Shown: positions 13,241 to 28,124 of the stretch, piece by piece
Position numbering within the stretch: position 1 is the first letter of the stretch
How the letters are laid out: each line of letters starts with the position of its first letter
NCBI GenBank assembly: GCA_964016885.1
Contig: OZ024746.1
Location: 44,826,001 to 44,890,000 of the forward strand
Reading direction: 5' to 3'
DNA: 64,000 bases
DNA from: Eledone cirrhosa
Taxonomy: Eukaryota
Position numbers and translations under genes: made by a program
The notes under the pieces: generated by a model
Database searches by the model: none
What the model was told of the DNA's origin: nothing
The model's input: the letters and a program-made list of their open reading frames with translations, nothing else

Positions 13241-13456
13241 AATATATAAACAAATATCTGGTTGTGGAACCAACCAACCAACCAGAAATTTATAAATTTA
13301 TAAATTCCTAAATTTATAAATTTATTATAATAAATTGAAGTGAAAATAACTGGTGCGTGTGTTTCTTATTGGCAACATTGCCCTCCCAAAGTATAACAAT
13401 ATCGGTTTCAACACACGATTTCAGATAAAGAATCTTGCTAAACAAATTCAGAAATG

Positions 13457-13494
<38 letters not shown>

Positions 13495-13884
13495 AAATAA
13501 CAGGAGGCTGGACTTGTGTAAATCCTTGAAAGGTTCATTATACAATGTAAGATCAATACATCTATGAGAACATATTCTGTATATCAGTACAGAATGATAT
13601 TAGGTATAACACATTTATATATAACACATTTATATATAACACATTTATATATAAACGTATAAAGAGCAGGAGAGAGAAAGAGTAATATGCCTTTCATACC
13701 TAATATTCTGTACTGAGATACAGAATATGTTCTCATAGATGTATTGATCTTACACACACACACCCACAGGCACACACACACGCACACATATATTTATGTG
13801 TGTGTTTGTGTGTTTGTAATGTATGATGTGTGTCCGAATGTTCTATCTATCTTTCTATCTATCTATCTATCTATCTATTATTAT

Positions 13885-13998
<114 letters not shown>

Positions 13999-14212
13999 TA
14001 TTTACGTATCGAGAAAGAGAAAAAAGAGGAGGATAGGTGATACATATAGTTATTTGCCAAGTAGCGTATGCCAAAGGTGCTCGATACTAGTGCTTGCAGT
14101 ATTAAATTATCGAAGTGTTAATATTTAGTGGGCTAGAGAGCTAGCAGAGCGTAAGCACGTGGGAAAGTAAAAAGTCGGAGAATAGACCGTTAAAAGATGT
14201 TTATTTAAAATA

Positions 14213-14252
14213 GCACCTACGTACGTTTCGCCCAGCTGGGCTTCTCAAGGGC
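14213..14252 (-). ncRNA. Hammerhead-like motif in the PLE 3' region
   Basis: gccc TTGAGAA gccc agct gggc GAAAC gtac GTA ggtgc. Perfect stem II and palindromic ACGTACGT; core is variant. Confidence 0.5.
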
Positions 14253-14538
14253 ATAAATAATGAAAAGTGTTCCTTATATTGCTCGGAAATAGTTTTTGGA
14301 GTTAAATCCACATCAAGGTTCGGAAAAATAGCTTGTGTTGATTTTGCAGCAGGTCAAGGGAGGTAACTCCGGCCGGTGTTAGGGCAGTCTTTCTCGGACA
14401 ATTTTTTTTTTTTTTTCTTTGCGCATCTGTTTGTCTGAGGCTGGGTCTGGTATGCAAGGATTGTTTCCAGGGTGTTATTTTGCAGCGCATGCCCGCCGGG
14501 GTGTTAAGACTTGTTGCAGGGAGATCCGGTGTACGGTT

Positions 14539-15423
14539 TCACTCCTCATCCTTAACCCATCTGAAGAAGGATATTTTTAAGCGATGTGTACAACTTATCG
14601 CTGTTTCAGCTCTGCTGTTGATGAGCTCGTGGGGTGCAGTTATGATGTGGTAGAGCTCCATGAGGCAAAGATCGCATTTCCTCTTGAAGTTGTACGGTGC
14701 AGCCCTACCGACAATCTCCCAGTGCGTGGAGAAGCTGATGTTTAAGTCCTTTAGTGATGTGATGTAGTCCGCGAGCGAAGTGGAGTGCCTTAGTTTTATA
14801 TTTGTGAAAGAGTGGAGATATGTTCGAAACCTAATTTTGAACGGGCCGGAGGTAGCCCCTATATAATGTTTAACGCTATTGTGGCTAGTAATAGTGCATC
14901 TATATATAACCCTATCAGTCAAGCAGTATCCTCTAAGGGGGCAGCGTCCTCTGTCGCGGCAGTTGCAATTTCTGTCGCGGTTCCGTCTATTTCCCACGGT
15001 AAGGCTATCATTGTTGCTGCCTACGTTGTTACCTACGCTATCGCAGCTGTCGTTAGCACCATTCCAACCCACAGCACGCGGGGTGGTGCGATTGTTATTC
15101 CGCACGTCATGTCCTGCATGTTCCCCAGTTATTTCGCGGTTATGCTGGTTGCGTCTGCGGATGCCGTTGTCAACACTATTGGATGCTGCCAGGGAGTTGT
15201 TAAGGCCGATATAGTTATTGTCAGGTGTAAGTGCGTCTGTGACGAGGTGCTGTGTCTTGGTGATCTTACTGTGGTTCGTTGTTCCTATGATGTCTGCTAG
15301 GTTAGGAGTAGCAGAGAAGGATATTTTTATATTGTTCCTGTTAAGAATTTTTCTATATCTATGGTTGGGCGGGAAGTTCTTCTCTAAGGCTTTGAAGAAC
15401 ATCCGGGGTATGTTGGAGGCCAC
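14539..15423 (-). pseudogene. PLE ORF C-terminal part (RT thumb/linker + GIY-YIG), 5'-truncated
   Basis: FPPNHRYRKILNRNNIKISFSATPNL...CNCRDRGRCPLRGYCL..VIYRC...YIGATSGPFKIRF...T.LADYI...CDLCLMELYHII...LINSRAE...CTHR. Upstream PPYS motif, then truncation at a (TA)n tract. Confidence 0.9.
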
Positions 15424-15549
15424 ACTTCGAGAGTAGGGGGGGGTGGAACCATAGGACGTTACGGTGGCGATTACGTGTCCTTGTACTTTATATATATATA
15501 TATGTATGTATCTATATATATATATATATATACATATATATTATATATA

Positions 15550-15590
<41 letters not shown>

Positions 15591-15605
15591 GTGTGTATAT
15601 ATATA

Positions 15606-15753
<148 letters not shown>

Positions 15754-15955
15754 GAAGAGAAAGTGAGCAGTAACGTGATTAGACTTTTCATACTCAATAT
15801 CTTTCGTATTATACTGGTATTCATATTTATTCGAAATTTCTGCATACGAATATATAATTAAACTCATGCAGACAATGACACAGACAGCTGTATATATGAA
15901 AAAATTATACACAGACACAAACACAAACACAGACACAGTGACAGACACACATACA

Positions 15956-16059
<104 letters not shown>

Positions 16060-16860
16060 TGTCTGTATATATATACTTTTACATACACACATATACATAT
16101 ATGTAATATATATATATAGTCCATTTAGTCCAGAATTAGCCGTCGAAACGGCTTGAGCTCAGCTGTCGGGGTCTTACTGGTTCCTATATATATATATATA
16201 TATATAAACATATATACATGTGTCTATATATATATACTTTTACATACACACACATGCATATATGTAATATATATATATATATACTTTTACATACACACAT
16301 ATGCATATATGTAATATATATATATACATATATATGTGTGTGTAGGTGTGTATATATAATATATATTTACCATGACGTATGGATACATAGCTGTCCATAC
16401 AATTATAAATGTAAATATATTGCTTGAATGCTTTGACTACGAGAGCCTTTATTGGACATCGTCCTTTGAGGTTTAGAAACATTATAATTTAACCTATTGA
16501 AGTTTAGAAAAGCGTGTCTTATACCCACACAAATGGAAATGACTGTATTTCTTACAGTATATTATCTGACACATACCTAACTCAACTTACTTTTCAAGTA
16601 ACAAATATATAGAAAAGCACAAGATGAATATTTGATGGAAAGTTTGATTGTTTGATATCGCTAATACATTTTACTTCATGCGTGAAATGGAATACACACT
16701 GGTATAAAAACCTGATTTTACAAAACTATAAAATAAGGAAATAGTCATGGCTAGAGGTTTATTAGCAAGTTTAGCTTCATAAATCGTCCCTTTTTCACCC
16801 GTGCACACTCCCCTACAAACAGACATGAACATGTATATAATATATATATATATATACATA

Positions 16861-17040
16861 TAAAAGGGAAAACATATGACCCCGACGGCAGAGCTCAACC
16901 CCCGAAACGGCTTGAGCTCTGCCGTCGGGGTCATAATTTTTCCTTTTTCCCACTCTACTACACTAAGTATTGAGTACTCTGGTGAGTTATGGTCCATCTG
17001 GTTCCTTACTACAATTACTACAATATATCTTACTACAATA
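16861..17040 (+). mobile_element. PLE terminal repeat with fold-back 3' hammerhead half (family also at 16119-16186, 25858-26050, 42966-43175)
   Basis: GAAAC ggc ttgagctc (t/a)gcc GTC ggggt followed by a ...ccactctactac...agtattgagtactc tail. Present as inverted pairs. Confidence 0.7.
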
Positions 17041-17746
17041 TGTAACCCATGTGCAACCACGCAGTATTCATTCTTCTCATGTTTTATATATATATGTGAT
17101 TTTCCAACCTTCATTGGTATTTCATTGCTTTAAAAATCATATAGCTCCAGTTGGTGCGAGCAATAGCTAAATAAAGCTATTGGGACAAGTAAATCGCGTA
17201 AAGCGAGCGAGACAAGTAAACAAACATAGAAGGATAGCAACGCAAAGATAGGAAAAAAAAGCACATGGGAGTCCGATCAGCTTAAGCTGTGTGGATTTCA
17301 TGGGCGAGAGACAACAGACCGTGTGACGCGAGTGAGGTGTAAGCAAGAAAGGACCCCACTTCAGGCCAAACGGGAGGAAGTGAGAAGGGGAGAAACAGAG
17401 AGTGAGTGAGTGGAAGTGCGAGGAAGAGGCCAGTCGAGAGAAAGTGTAACTGACAGAGGGGGCGAAAGAAGGTGAGAGATACAGAGAGAGGGAGGACAAG
17501 CAGTAGGAGAGAAACAGACAAACGCAGTTGGGGAAAATATATATAAAAAACATGAGAAGAATGAATACTGCGTGGTGGCACATGGGTTACATATGGTAAA
17601 AATAGTCCTTCATCAGTGATTTTCCAACCTTCATTGGTATTTCATCGCTTTAAAAATCATATACCTCCAGTTGGTGCGAGCAATAGCTAAATAAAGCTAT
17701 TGGGACAAGTAAATCGCGTAAAGCGAGCGAGACAAGTAAACAAACA
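17039..17746 (-). mobile_element. 520-bp partial-tandem repeat related to the 3007-4066 family
   Basis: gtgattttccaacc at 17096 and 17616 (period 520). 17039-17085 is an inverted copy of about 17547-17592. Confidence 0.85.
17605..17706 (-). ncRNA. Candidate permuted hammerhead ribozyme (family 2)
   Basis: gtcc caatagct ttattt agctattg c tcgca ccaac tgga ggtat A tgatttt taaa gcga t GAA atacc aatgaag gttgg aaaatca CTGATGA a ggac. Confidence 0.75.
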
Positions 17747-18339
17747 TATATATATATATATATATATTTATAATGAAGTAACGGAGAAACGAAAGTAAGA
17801 GCAAGGCGGAATATGATCAAAATTGAGAATGCTTGTTTAACGGTCTGGAAATGTAAGAAGAGAAATTTAGTACATAATGTTTAACGTTAGGTTCTTCGTT
17901 AGATGGTAGCTATATGAAAAAAAAAGAAGAGGGCAAGTGGGAGTGAATACATGATATATATATACCGATAAATATTGGGTTGTTGTGTAAACTACAGTCG
18001 ATGGCTGAACTAGTGAACACCATTTTCCGTGAGCGTTTTTGACCACATTATGCTTTCTCTTTTGTATATCGAAGTAATTACTTTTTCAAAGCTAAGATTC
18101 CTCAAAGTGAGAAAAAGGCCTGTGGAATCGACTTGCATGACATGGTAAAAATAAAATATCTCGTTGCCATTTGCGTGAGGAGACAGGCTACCAGGCTACT
18201 TGAGATCTTTCTGCCCTCAACAGTAAACAGCGAACCAAAAACCACCCTTGCTGCTAAGCCCAGGGCCCCAACCAGGACGCTTACACAACAACGTCAAGTC
18301 ACTAGCGATATATATGACAGCTGATAGCGAGACCATGAT

Positions 18340-19215
18340 TTTGGACATGCCCGTACGCTGGGACGGTGTGAAAGTACCTGATAAAAGCGGATCAGTCTGG
18401 ATCCCCAGGTGGATAGATAGGTATTGAGCAAATGAGTGGAGTGGTCACTCTTACCCAGCAATGATCCAAACACAACTATCCCTGAAATATGGGGCTGAGC
18501 TCGTTATCGTGTACGTCTCCTCTGTTATATATTACAGTCGTGCCCTTCCACTGTTTGCCTCTTACCAGGTTGGGGTGACCGCTCTATCAATATTTGTGGA
18601 AGCGAAAGGTTCCGTTGTTCAAGTGGTTCATCTGCTATGGACACCATTTTCGGGGAGGGTTGCGCATGTCGTGTTTGATGATGCGCAACCATGCGCTGAG
18701 GTTACAGCATTTGCAGATATTCCTAAACTGTGAACAGATGTGGTCACCGTTTGTAAGGTTCGACTTTCCGCAGCACGTTTCATGGACTGAGCTGCAATCT
18801 TTGGTCATGTGCTGAGTGAAACTCTATGCCTGACATCTGGAATTTTGTCTGGTGCTCATAGATTTCTACGAATCGGACAATGTGATCGGTGGAAATTCAA
18901 TATTAGTGTTCTGTAGAGGAGTAGTGGTGGGCAGGTCCGACAACATTCTTGGAGAGACTCTTCACTAGAACGAATTAGCCACTCTTTTACCGTGATCCTT
19001 TGGTCCGGAGCCTATAAATAATTTCAAGAGACTCTACTGGCACGGAAAGGCTGTCAAATGGAGTTCTCAGCAATGTGCGTGGAGCTAGAAATGTGTCCGG
19101 CCATTGCTGATTTGGAGGTTTCTCGAAAAATTATTTTGACTTGTAGGACGGATCCGGCTATCGGCTGTCTCCACCATGAAGATCGCCTCACCATTTTCTA
19201 TTGACTGGGACAACC
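18340..19215 (+). mobile_element. Degenerate L1/Tx1-like LINE ORF2 fragment
   Basis: Frameshifted segments LSLKYGAELVIVYVSSVIYY and LWKRKVPLF...GGLRM...MMRNHALRLQHL resemble post-RT regions of L1/Tx1 ORF2. Confidence 0.5.
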
Positions 19216-21199
19216 AGTCAGCTTTTCTCTAGTTATCCTCATAACCAACAGCAGCAACAGCAGCATCACCAACAGTAGTACGAACAGCATCATCATCATC
19301 GTCTTCATTCTCATCATCGTCATCATCACCATTGTCACCAGTTGCACTATCACCATCATGATCATTATAATCATTGTATCATCATTATTGTATAATAGTG
19401 GAGGTGGAGCAGTAAAACTGCCAATACTGTCGATATATCTAATGTATTATTTTTTACACTACTAATGTCCTTGCCACGTCTTTGCGCCTCTATTTGTTCA
19501 AACTATATTTTATTTGCCATTTCTTCTACGGGAATTGAGAATATTACATAATTATTCTATGTAATTCCAAGCAATTTGAGTTTCGTGAAAACTTTTTGTT
19601 GCGAATGACAGAATAATGGATGTTTTTCCTGGTAGCACTTTTGTTGAAACTTTTGCACATTTCATTTTTTATTTGTGTAATTGGAGTTTTAGACGAGTAA
19701 AGTGTCTGTAATTCGTGTTTTTTTTTTTAGAGGAGAATGCTACGCGTGGGATACAAATATACAGAACGAGTTTTTCTAAACTCCTCCAGACCCTTAATAG
19801 ATGTGTGTCGGGTTTGTAAGGTGTTACTTCCCATGTTAGTTTAAGTGACTTTAAAATTGGGATGATATTAGGGTAGTGGTAGTGACGGTGTAACTAGCTC
19901 TAGCTTTTACTGATTGCGGTGATTACATCAGTCCGTCTCTATTTCAGGCGAATATTCGCAATTATTTCAGAACATAAGGATTTTTTGTTGTAATTTAGCT
20001 CTTTATTATGTAAGTGACTGGTAAAAGGAAAGAGTGAAATTCACGTTTTTCTTTCTTGCAAATGTTCTCTGTTCTTTTTATGATGTGGTAATTGCTTTAT
20101 ATAATCTTGGACCACTTATTTTGTATTCACATTGAGTAAAACATAATCAAGATATATTTTATTTCTCTCTTGTGTAGTGTTTCTATGTTGTTTTTAACAT
20201 CATTTTGTCTTTTACATTTTGACCATTTCAGAAGTATAATTGGGCTTGAATATTTGCTTTACCTTATGAGATATGATTTATAAAAAAAAATCTTTAAGAT
20301 AAATTGCCTGGTGTTTGACGTATTGTTGAGTAGAGTGAATCTTAATTCTGTTTCTTCGTCAAAATGATTCCATTAAACTTTTCTGATCGTGTTTTCATTT
20401 TATTTTGTTAAATGATATGTGGCTGTGTTTTAGGAATAATGATGTCATTATGTGTCATTTAGGTATGGTAGGTAGATATTCTAAGCAGGTGATGTCTGAA
20501 GGGGAATTATCATTGATATCTTGGCATACCAAGGTATGTTGGGAGAAAAGTTTACTTTTGTTACTAGTCCATTAACCCATGTGTCAATTGCGTTATATAT
20601 GTTTTAAATGTTATCTATATTATATATGTATTGAAATATTAAATATATTATATATGTATTTAAAGACCAATCCTGATATATCTCTGCTTTTAATTTAGTG
20701 GGAGTTTTTGTTTCACTCGAGCGGCGTTTTAACAGTCAACATCCAACATTTTAAATTCTGTAAATTACATCCAGGAATAAATTATGCCATATTATTATGG
20801 CATAAATTATGCCATATTATGCCATCCCTTTTCAAGTTGATACGGCAACTTCTTACAGATCCATTGAACACATGACTTGCAGGGTCATGTCCCATCTGAA
20901 TTTTATGATATATATGATGTTGTGAACAATACAACTAACAATGGTATATGATAGGTACATTACTTTAGTGTACATTATAAAGAAAATGTCGTTTACAGAT
21001 GGATAGGTATTCTTTACAAAGAAATTAGTTTGAAAGCAACTACCTTTAGTAAACCACATATGGCTCTAATTAGTATTTTTGGATGGAAGGGGGGATGAAA
21101 AATTAGGGACTACCATTTAGTTGAAAACGAAAAACTGGAAAATGTTTGAATTACCAAATAATATAGAGTAAAATGATAGATATAGAGTATTATAATTGT

Positions 21200-22530
21200 T
21201 TAGGTATAATAAAGCTAAACAGGATAAAAGATGCTCATAAAATGAAAGCACTGAAATACAAAGAAACACGGAAATATATTTTAAACCTGTCAATACGTTG
21301 ACAATCTCTTACAGTACAAGGTTCTTCAAATGAAGTAAAAGAATTAAAGGGAGATTTGGACAGCCCGAAACGCAATAATATATTAAAAAATGAATGATAT
21401 TATATACTTCCATAAAACATGAATGGAATTATATATTTCCATGAAATACATTTCCATGAAATATGCGCGTGGGAGATATAGTTGTCATGGAGGCATTAAC
21501 AGCATATAATTCGTAAGAGATAGTGTACAAAATACTCAAATAGCGATTAAGAAATATAGTATAGCTAACAGAGGATAAAGTACAGCCCTATGAGACGTGA
21601 TATCAAAGAGATGGCTTGGCAAGGATATAGAATATATGGTATTTGATATTTTAAGATAGATATAATCATATAAGAATGCGGATAAATCATAGTTATGGTA
21701 GAAAAAATTCAAATTCAAATCCGAAAATGAAACATTAATCTATGCAGCACAGTAGCAAGTATTGAAACAAACCACATTAGATTCTGCGCAGACAGAACCA
21801 CATATTTATTATGTTGTCGGATGTGTAGCAAAAATGATGAAAGTGCATGCAATAAATTAACTCTGAAGAAATATGAGAAATGTGCAATAATGTCGCACGG
21901 ATCGTCCGGTAGGAATTATGTGGAAATTATAAATTAGAAAAGATAGAGAACTGGTGTGAATATTAACCCCTCGATGTTATAGAAATCCTTCCTATCACCA
22001 TCCAATGTAATTATATAATACACAGTAGTAGACGTGATGTTGAAACACATTTGAAGAGAGCGTGTAATACTTGATGTATTATTGGAGAGCAATTGAATTA
22101 GCTTTACAGAATTAGAAGCAAACGAAGAATATTATTCCTATCTTAAATCAGAGATAGTGTATAGATATCTGCAAACGAATAGAAACGTGATCCCAATTCT
22201 TATACTCCCTATTTCCTATACGACTATAAATTTTATGAATGGACATTGGAAGCATAATGTAAATGGAAGCTATTGACACGATTATTTCATTAAAAAGAAA
22301 TAGAATACCATGAAAGTGTAGACGAGGTGTCAAGAACATAAAAAAAGGATTTAAATACCAAGTTTTCAGTTGTAATTCGCTTTTAGGCAGCAAACTAAAA
22401 GATACGTTCATGGAATGACCAATTGATATTTCATTTTAAACATAGTCCCTGGAACGAAACAATGCATTTATTGATAATAAGAGTTGAAATTGATGCCTGC
22501 AAGATTTCACGACACTAGCATCATTCCTTC
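21200..22530 (+). mobile_element. Degenerate R4/Dong-like LINE (zinc knuckle region)
   Basis: About 21813-21980 reads CRMCSKNDES...NNVARIV.*ELCGNYKLEKIENWCEY*PLDVIE. Followed by (ATG/ATA)n repeats. Confidence 0.5.
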
Positions 22531-22711
22531 ATGGTCAGTCGGTGAACTATTCAATCTACTCTCGTAAAGGAATTGTGGTATTTATAATAAAACTAATTAT
22601 ATCGATGATGATGATTACGATAATAATATTGATGATGATGATGATGAGGATGAGGATGATGAGGATGTTAATAATGATGTTGATAATGATAATAATAATC
22701 ATGATAATGAT

Positions 22712-22902
22712 AATTGTTTCTACTTTTGGCACAAGGCAAACAATTATCCCAGTGTATTACTGGTACTTTATTTTATCGACCCTGGAAGGATGAAAGGCAA
22801 AGTTAACCTCGGCGGGATTTGAACTCAGATCATAAACGGAGGTAACTCTATGCTTCAAAGCATGGCGTCCGACCCTCTACCGATACCGCCAATCCACCGC
22901 CT
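22712..22902 (-). mobile_element. tRNA-derived SINE
   Basis: Reverse complement of the 1526-1716 element. Confidence 0.85.
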
Positions 22903-23157
22903 TATCATGATAATGATAATGGGAAGGTATTCATTGGTACAAACAGATGAAACAGGTAGGTAAATTCGTCCACTCATATATTAAAAGATACTGATTTCAT
23001 CGATCCTAGAGAAAAATAAAGTCGATTTGACAATGATTACAGCCAATAAATTTAACGATTCCCACCTGAGGAATTTACTCTGACCATATACAATGTAGGT
23101 AAAAAAGACAATATAAAATGTCCGTAAAAAATTCCACTACTACTACTACTACTACTT

Positions 23158-24095
23158 TCTATATCAATTAACACCAAACTCTCCGCTCTCTATATCTACT
23201 ACACAGTACTCTCATCCATTCCTCCTCTCTATATCAATTAGCACCAAACTCTCTCTCTTTCTGTATCTGCTACACGGAACCCTCTTCCAATACCCTCTCT
23301 ATATCATTAAACATCAAATATCCACTTCTCTATATCTAACATCATCATCCGGCGGCCTCAGTCGAAATGGACTCAACAATTGATCTCCACGTGGCTCTGT
23401 CGTTCATTGTCGTTGACAAGTCCTGGATTTCAATATCAGAATCTCGGGAGATGACATCGGGATAGGAGAGCTTGCGCCCCCTGTTATTAGTGACTGCTTG
23501 TGGTTTCCAAATCGCTAATGGGGACACAGCCTCATAGGTGGCACGATGTCAGTGGCCAGCAAATCTTACTCTCCTTTTACGTACAACGACAGATATGCGT
23601 GGGAGGCTGGCATATATATATATCTCAAAGTCAGATGTCGCCAACTTATGTTCTGAATGCGTTGAAGCAGACGAGTGTAAATGCCATCAAGGTGCTTTTG
23701 TTGTTTGGATGAAAGCGTCCATGTTTCACTTCCATAAAGCAAGATTGGTTGGATTGTTACTTGGAAGTATCTAATATACAACACACTCTTCTAACCCCTC
23801 TCACTATATCAATTAGCACCAAACTAACCCCCTCTCTATATCTATCCATACCTATCTCTATCAATGCTCTCACTCTATTCATGACTACCAAACTATCCCT
23901 GTATATATATTAACCAAACAACATACTCTCCCAATCCACCTCTCTATATCAATTAGCACCAAACTTATTCCCGCGTTATATCTAATACACAGAACTCACT
24001 TCCAATCCTCCTCTCTATATCAATTAACCCCAAACTCTCTCCCTCTCTATATCTACTATAGGGAACTCTCTTCCAACTCTATATCAATTACCATC
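23158..24095. repeat. Degenerate ~65-70-bp CT-rich minisatellite interrupted by a LINE fragment; related tract at 52910-53210
   Basis: Recurrent ctctctatatcaatta(g/a)caccaaactctct...ctatatcta...gaactctcttccaa. Confidence 0.7.
23345..23770 (-). mobile_element. RTE-like LINE 3' fragment
   Basis: ILLYGSETWTLSSKQQKHLDG.YTRLL and MNDRATWRSIV, with a (GAT)n tail. Possible TSD tatctaa at 23333 and 23768. Confidence 0.7.
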
Positions 24096-24293
24096 AAAAG
24101 ATCGTCGGAGTGGCGTTGGGTAAAATATTACCTCGAAGGACAGAGATGAGCGGCTCGATGTGAGTTGGCTCGAAGGTAAGAAGAGATGATAGGAAGGAGT
24201 TTTCCCATTTTCTTGAGAATTCAAATACACTCATCTCAAAACTCGATATTTCGAGTTAATTGGTATACACGCACATACAGACGTACACACACA

Positions 24294-25860
<1,567 letters not shown>

Positions 25861-26047
25861 AACAAGTAAGACCCCGACGGCTGAGCTCAGGCCGTTTCGA
25901 CGGCCAATTCTGTACAGAATTAGCCGTCGAAACGGCTTGAGCTCAGCCGTCGCGATCTTATTTGTTCCTATTACCCACTCTACTACCCTAAGTATTGAGT
26001 ACTTTGGTGCGTTATGGTCCACCTGGTTCCTTACCACATTTCCTTCG

Positions 26048-26094
<47 letters not shown>

Positions 26095-26835
26095 AATGCA
26101 AGCGCGCATGGTTACACGAACATCCATGTACGCTTTTATAAGAATGTGTGTGTCTGCATAAAATTGAGAATAGTTTGCATTCATAATATTGCAAATATCT
26201 CGGTTCGCTTTATATAAATTAGAATAGCAAAAGGCTTTAAAGATAACAGATTTTAGTTTATAGTTAGTAGTTAGCGAATTGTTAATGTTTCAATGTTGTA
26301 GAGATTTAAAAGGAAATTAGAAATAACTTCGATCCAGGTCTCTAGAACGTGGCATATTTATATTCTGTATAAAGTGACATAAAGCTTTTGTTATGAGTCC
26401 ACGAGAAAATAAAAAAAAAATTAATAAATAAATAAATATATAAAATATAGAATTTAAAGCTCAACCAAAATATCCATTAAAATAAACGTTGGACTTCAAA
26501 GTGAAGAAGAGATATATTTTTCTTCATAATTGAAAATGTGTTTTTCTTTCACGCGGACTTTCTAATGCACTATCACATAATAGAGTGAATCACGGGTGAG
26601 GAAGCATATTATATTTCAGATCAATTTCATGGGGATTTACTTTGACGAGGTAAATATCCATGAAATGAAATGTTAAAGTGATATAGTATAAACATTAAAA
26701 AATACAATATAGTTCAAATTAATTGCAATGAATAACATAGTTTCGCGTTTGTGAGTTTTGTTTGTATTTGGGTAATCCTTAAGAAAATTTAATAAATATG
26801 CTAGGACATGCTCCGGCACAACCATCCATACATAC

Positions 26836-26883
<48 letters not shown>

Positions 26884-26914
26884 ATATATACTTAATTTAT
26901 ATATATATATATAT

Positions 26915-27922
26915 GAATTAAAGTATAGAAATTGTTGTGAGCGTGAAGCCAACAGTATTTCATAATATATAAGTGACTATAACGTCAAAATGGAAAAATA
27001 GATAACGTAAGATGTGGGAAAATAATTCAAACTCAATTTAAAAAAATCAAGACAGATTAATCCATAGAATTTTGTGAAATCCAGGGAAAAATCAATAGAG
27101 CCTTAACTCAGAATAAAATAAAGCTTAAATACTCATCCTTCAATTTGGAAAAACTACAAATGCTCTGGATAATCTTAAAAAGACTATTTCGCGAAACTTT
27201 CAGTGGGGACGGTCACGGTTGGAGTCGTTCATCAGCAGAGCTCAAACACGATAACCCTAAAACCACTGTAGAATATGCCAAAAAGGTAATTTAAATACAG
27301 GCTAGTTCACTTCGTACGTAATTATGAAAAAAAAACGCATATTGAGAGACATGGCTGGTGATGTCAGAATGAGACGAATGTCTGTTTACATGAAACAACA
27401 GCCAAAACACATCCGAAAAAACCCCTACAAGTGTAAGGAGTTCAGCAAAATAGCAATATTATCGCGGTTTTTTTGTTTTTAAAAAGACCGGGATTAGTCA
27501 CAAATAATTTTAAGCACTCACAAATAATTTTAAGCACTCTAGGAGAATTCCGAGTATAAATATAAATTAAAGTATAGAAATTGTTATGAGCGTGAGGCCA
27601 ACAGCATTTCATAATATATAAGTGACTATAACGTCAAAATGGAAAAATAGTTAACGTAAGATGTGGGAAAATAATTCAGACTCAATTTTAAAAAAATCAA
27701 GACATAGATTAATACATAGAATTTTGTGAAATCCAGGGAAAAATCAATAGAGCCTTAACTCAGAATATAATAAAGCTTAAATACTCATCCTTCAATTTGG
27801 AAAAACTACAAATGCTCTGTATAGTCTTAAAAAGATTATTTCGCGAAACTCTCAGTGGGGATGGTCACGGTTGGAGTCGTCCATCAGCAGAGCTCAAGCA
27901 CGATAACCCTAAAATCACTGTA
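26915..27922 (-). mobile_element. ~652-bp partial-tandem HHR-bearing repeat
   Basis: aattaaagtatagaaattg at about 26916 and 27565. HHRs at 27162 and 27814. Confidence 0.85.
27162..27241 (-). ncRNA. Type I hammerhead ribozyme with long stem III (copy 27814-27893 has core CTGATGG)
   Basis: gctctg CTGATGA a cga...tcg c GAA atagtctt ttt aagattat C cagagc. 6-bp stem I, 8-bp stem III. Confidence 0.75.
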
Positions 27923-28124
27923 TAATGTGTATATAGTGGTAGAACACTGGAAGGTAATATCCGTAGTGGTAGAGCGGTCAGTCTAGGGGACGAGTTAGAT
28001 AGAAGTGGTTACACAACAGTTAGTTCACAATACCGAGAACAATTGTTTCACCTTAGCGGGTCCTCAGCTCGTATGGACATTGTTATACGGAACAGGAAGG
28101 ATATATATATATATATATATATAT

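Larger units (their letters stand above)
12465..13397 (+). mobile_element. 5'-truncated Penelope-like element with inverted ~200-bp pseudo-LTRs
   Basis: 12465-12665 is the reverse complement of 13197-13397. The two repeats enclose a GIY-YIG reading frame. Confidence 0.85.

Noticed and set aside
19440-21060. Possible very old LINE remnant (also 45600-46500 and 9310-9850)
   Set aside because: Only faint peptide hints; not assignable by eye without a profile search.
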